From Scyliorhinus canicula (Eukaryota), in contig NC_052158.1 in the NCBI RefSeq assembly GCF_902713615.1, positions 43,921,159 to 43,985,158 of the forward strand: a DNA stretch of 64,000 bases, in the 5' to 3' direction. Made by a program: the position numbers and the translations under genes. The notes under the pieces were generated by a model. The model was not told the DNA's origin. It saw nothing but the letters and a program-made list of their open reading frames with translations, and made no database searches. Within the stretch, counting starts at the first letter, position 1; each line of letters begins with the position of its first letter. Shown here in pieces: positions 61,962 through 64,000 of this stretch.

Positions 61962-64000
61962 GGGCACCATGTCCTCCTCCAAAATCCTTCCATAAATCAC
62001 CAAGACAAACCCCCCTCTCCAACCCCCCTGCCGACAGCACTTGCTCAGCAATGAGGAGGGAGGCACTATCGGGAAGGTCGGAAAGACCTTCCTCGCAAAT
62101 TCCCACACCTGCATCGACCAGAAAGTCTCTTCCCACTCCAGGCCAAACTTCTCATTCAACTCCTCCAAGCTCACAAACCACCCTCCAAGAAACAAATCCT
62201 CCATCTCCCTGATCCCCCTCCCTTCTCATCCCTGGAACATTGCACCCATCTTCCCTGGCTCAAATCTGTGATTTCTCCTGATCGGCATCACCCTTGACCC
62301 CACTCCCAATATAAAATGCTGCCGGAACTGCCTCCAAATCTTCAGTATGGCCACCACCGTCGGACTCACCATGTACTTCCCTGGAGCCAACCGGAGCGGT
62401 CCTGTTGCCAGTGCCCACAAACCTGACCCCCTACATGAACCCTCCTCCATCCTTACCCACAAAGCCCCCGCCTCCCTATTCCATCCCTGTACCTTCTCTG
62501 TATTCACCGCCCAATAATAATGCATCAAATTTGGGAGGTCTAACCACCCCCTGTCCCCCGACCACCGTCCCTTCTGCAGTACAACCTTCCTTATCCTGGC
62601 CAGCTTCCCCATCCAGACAAACAAAGAAATCAGCCTGTCCACCCCCTTGAAAAATGCCTTTGACGAAATGACCGGCGGGCAGTGAAATAAAAAAAAAGTT
62701 CATCTTCACTGCCTGCACCCAGCTCACCAATGACAGAGAAGATTATCCAACCTCAACAGATCTGCCTTCACCCTCCCAACAAAACTTGAGAAATTCAAGC
62801 TCTGAGGACCTGCCCAGTCCCGAGCCACCTGCACCCCCAGATTCCTAAAGTAAGACAATGCCACATGGTAACCCCTCCTACCCCGTCCCCTATCCATGGA
62901 GAGCAAACCACAAAATACTCACTTTTCCGCAGATTATGTTTATACCCTGAAAATGTTCCAAATCTTGGAAGCAAACCTATTATGTCCCCCACAGAGGAAC
63001 CCACCCAGAAATGTATCACAGCCAATCATCTGCGTACATGGACATCCTATGCTGCCCCCCTCACTATCCCATAACACGACTTCGAGATCCTCAGCACAAT
63101 GGCCAAGAGCTCTATCGCCAATGCAAAAAGAAGGGGGGACTTGGAGCACCCCTGCCTCATCCCTCGGTGCAACATAAAATACCCTGAATTCATATATGTG
63201 CACAAGCTTGCAGGCCCAATCCCAAACTCTCCAACACCGCAATCAGATACCTCCAATCCACCTGATCAAATGCCTTCTCCGCATATAATGTCACCACCAC
63301 CTCAAACTCTTTCCCTCTGCCGGAAAAAGCACCACATTTAGCAACCGCCTCATATTCAATGACAACCGGCTGCCCTTAACAAACCTCGTCTGATCCTCCT
63401 CAATCACCTTCGGAAGGCACACCTTCAACCTTAACCTCAGCACCTTTACCAGCATCTTGCCTTTCACATTCAGCAGAGATATGATTCTATATGACCCACA
63501 CTCCACTGGGTACTTACCCTTCTTTAACAGCAACGAGATGGAGGCCTGTCCCATAATGTTCGGCAAAAAACCCCTAACCATCAAGCCCTCGAACATTTCC
63601 ACCAGCAACAGTGCCAGCTTATCCTGAACAATTCCACCAAGAAAACTTATCTAGCCCCGCCGCCTTCCCCGTCTGTACATTCTCAATTGCCACTTTACCC
63701 CTTCGACACCCACCGACTCCTCCACCTGAAGTTAAAAGCTCACCACTATTCTTAGAATTCCCCCTATACCAAAAAGGGTCGATATTCTAAATGGTGAACA
63801 GGGATTCTCACTCCCTAACTCCGATGCAGGCTTCGTTGGGTGCTATTCAGGTCAAATTATATTTTCAAGTTATCCCTCGGTATAACCCATACCTTCACCG
63901 AAGAATTTTACCTACTTACCCCTTAGTAGCATTGATATCCTGGGTCCTGCATTGCTAAGTAAGTAAAGTAGGCTAATAACCAGTTTCAGGTTAAAACTTT

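Larger units (their letters stand above)
59794..63720 (-). mobile_element. L1-clade LINE ORF2 remnant interrupted by two solo LTRs
   Basis: PVECGSYRIISLLN, RG.RQGC..SPLLFALAIE, LPNLMHYYWA. Confidence 0.8.

Overview
Repeat-dense vertebrate DNA. The HE1-type tRNA-SINEs, CR1, L1, Penelope and Gypsy families point to a shark or other elasmobranch (inference, not a search result). The host content is a C2H2 zinc-finger gene cluster with no recognisable KRAB/SCAN domain. It holds one apparently intact 10-finger ORF (+, 34522-35373), a convergent frameshifted paralogue (-, ~45300-47210), and a third gene whose exon is scattered over ~29 kb by nested insertions. The main nest is a Gmr1-like (IN-before-RT) Gypsy inside a SINE, which itself holds a younger two-LTR Gypsy, three L1s, SINEs and MITEs. 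Four Penelope-derived insertions are fold-back (inverted-repeat) elements carrying minimal hammerhead ribozyme motifs; one is a 195-bp perfect palindrome. Two stretches match no repeat I recognise and look like decayed intronless coding DNA. The first, ~54690-58250, has compact genes, convergent poly(A) signals and retained CpG, and is a candidate endogenous DNA-virus fragment. The second, ~36000-37340, is inserted in the ZNF array. Coordinates of degraded repeats are approximate.
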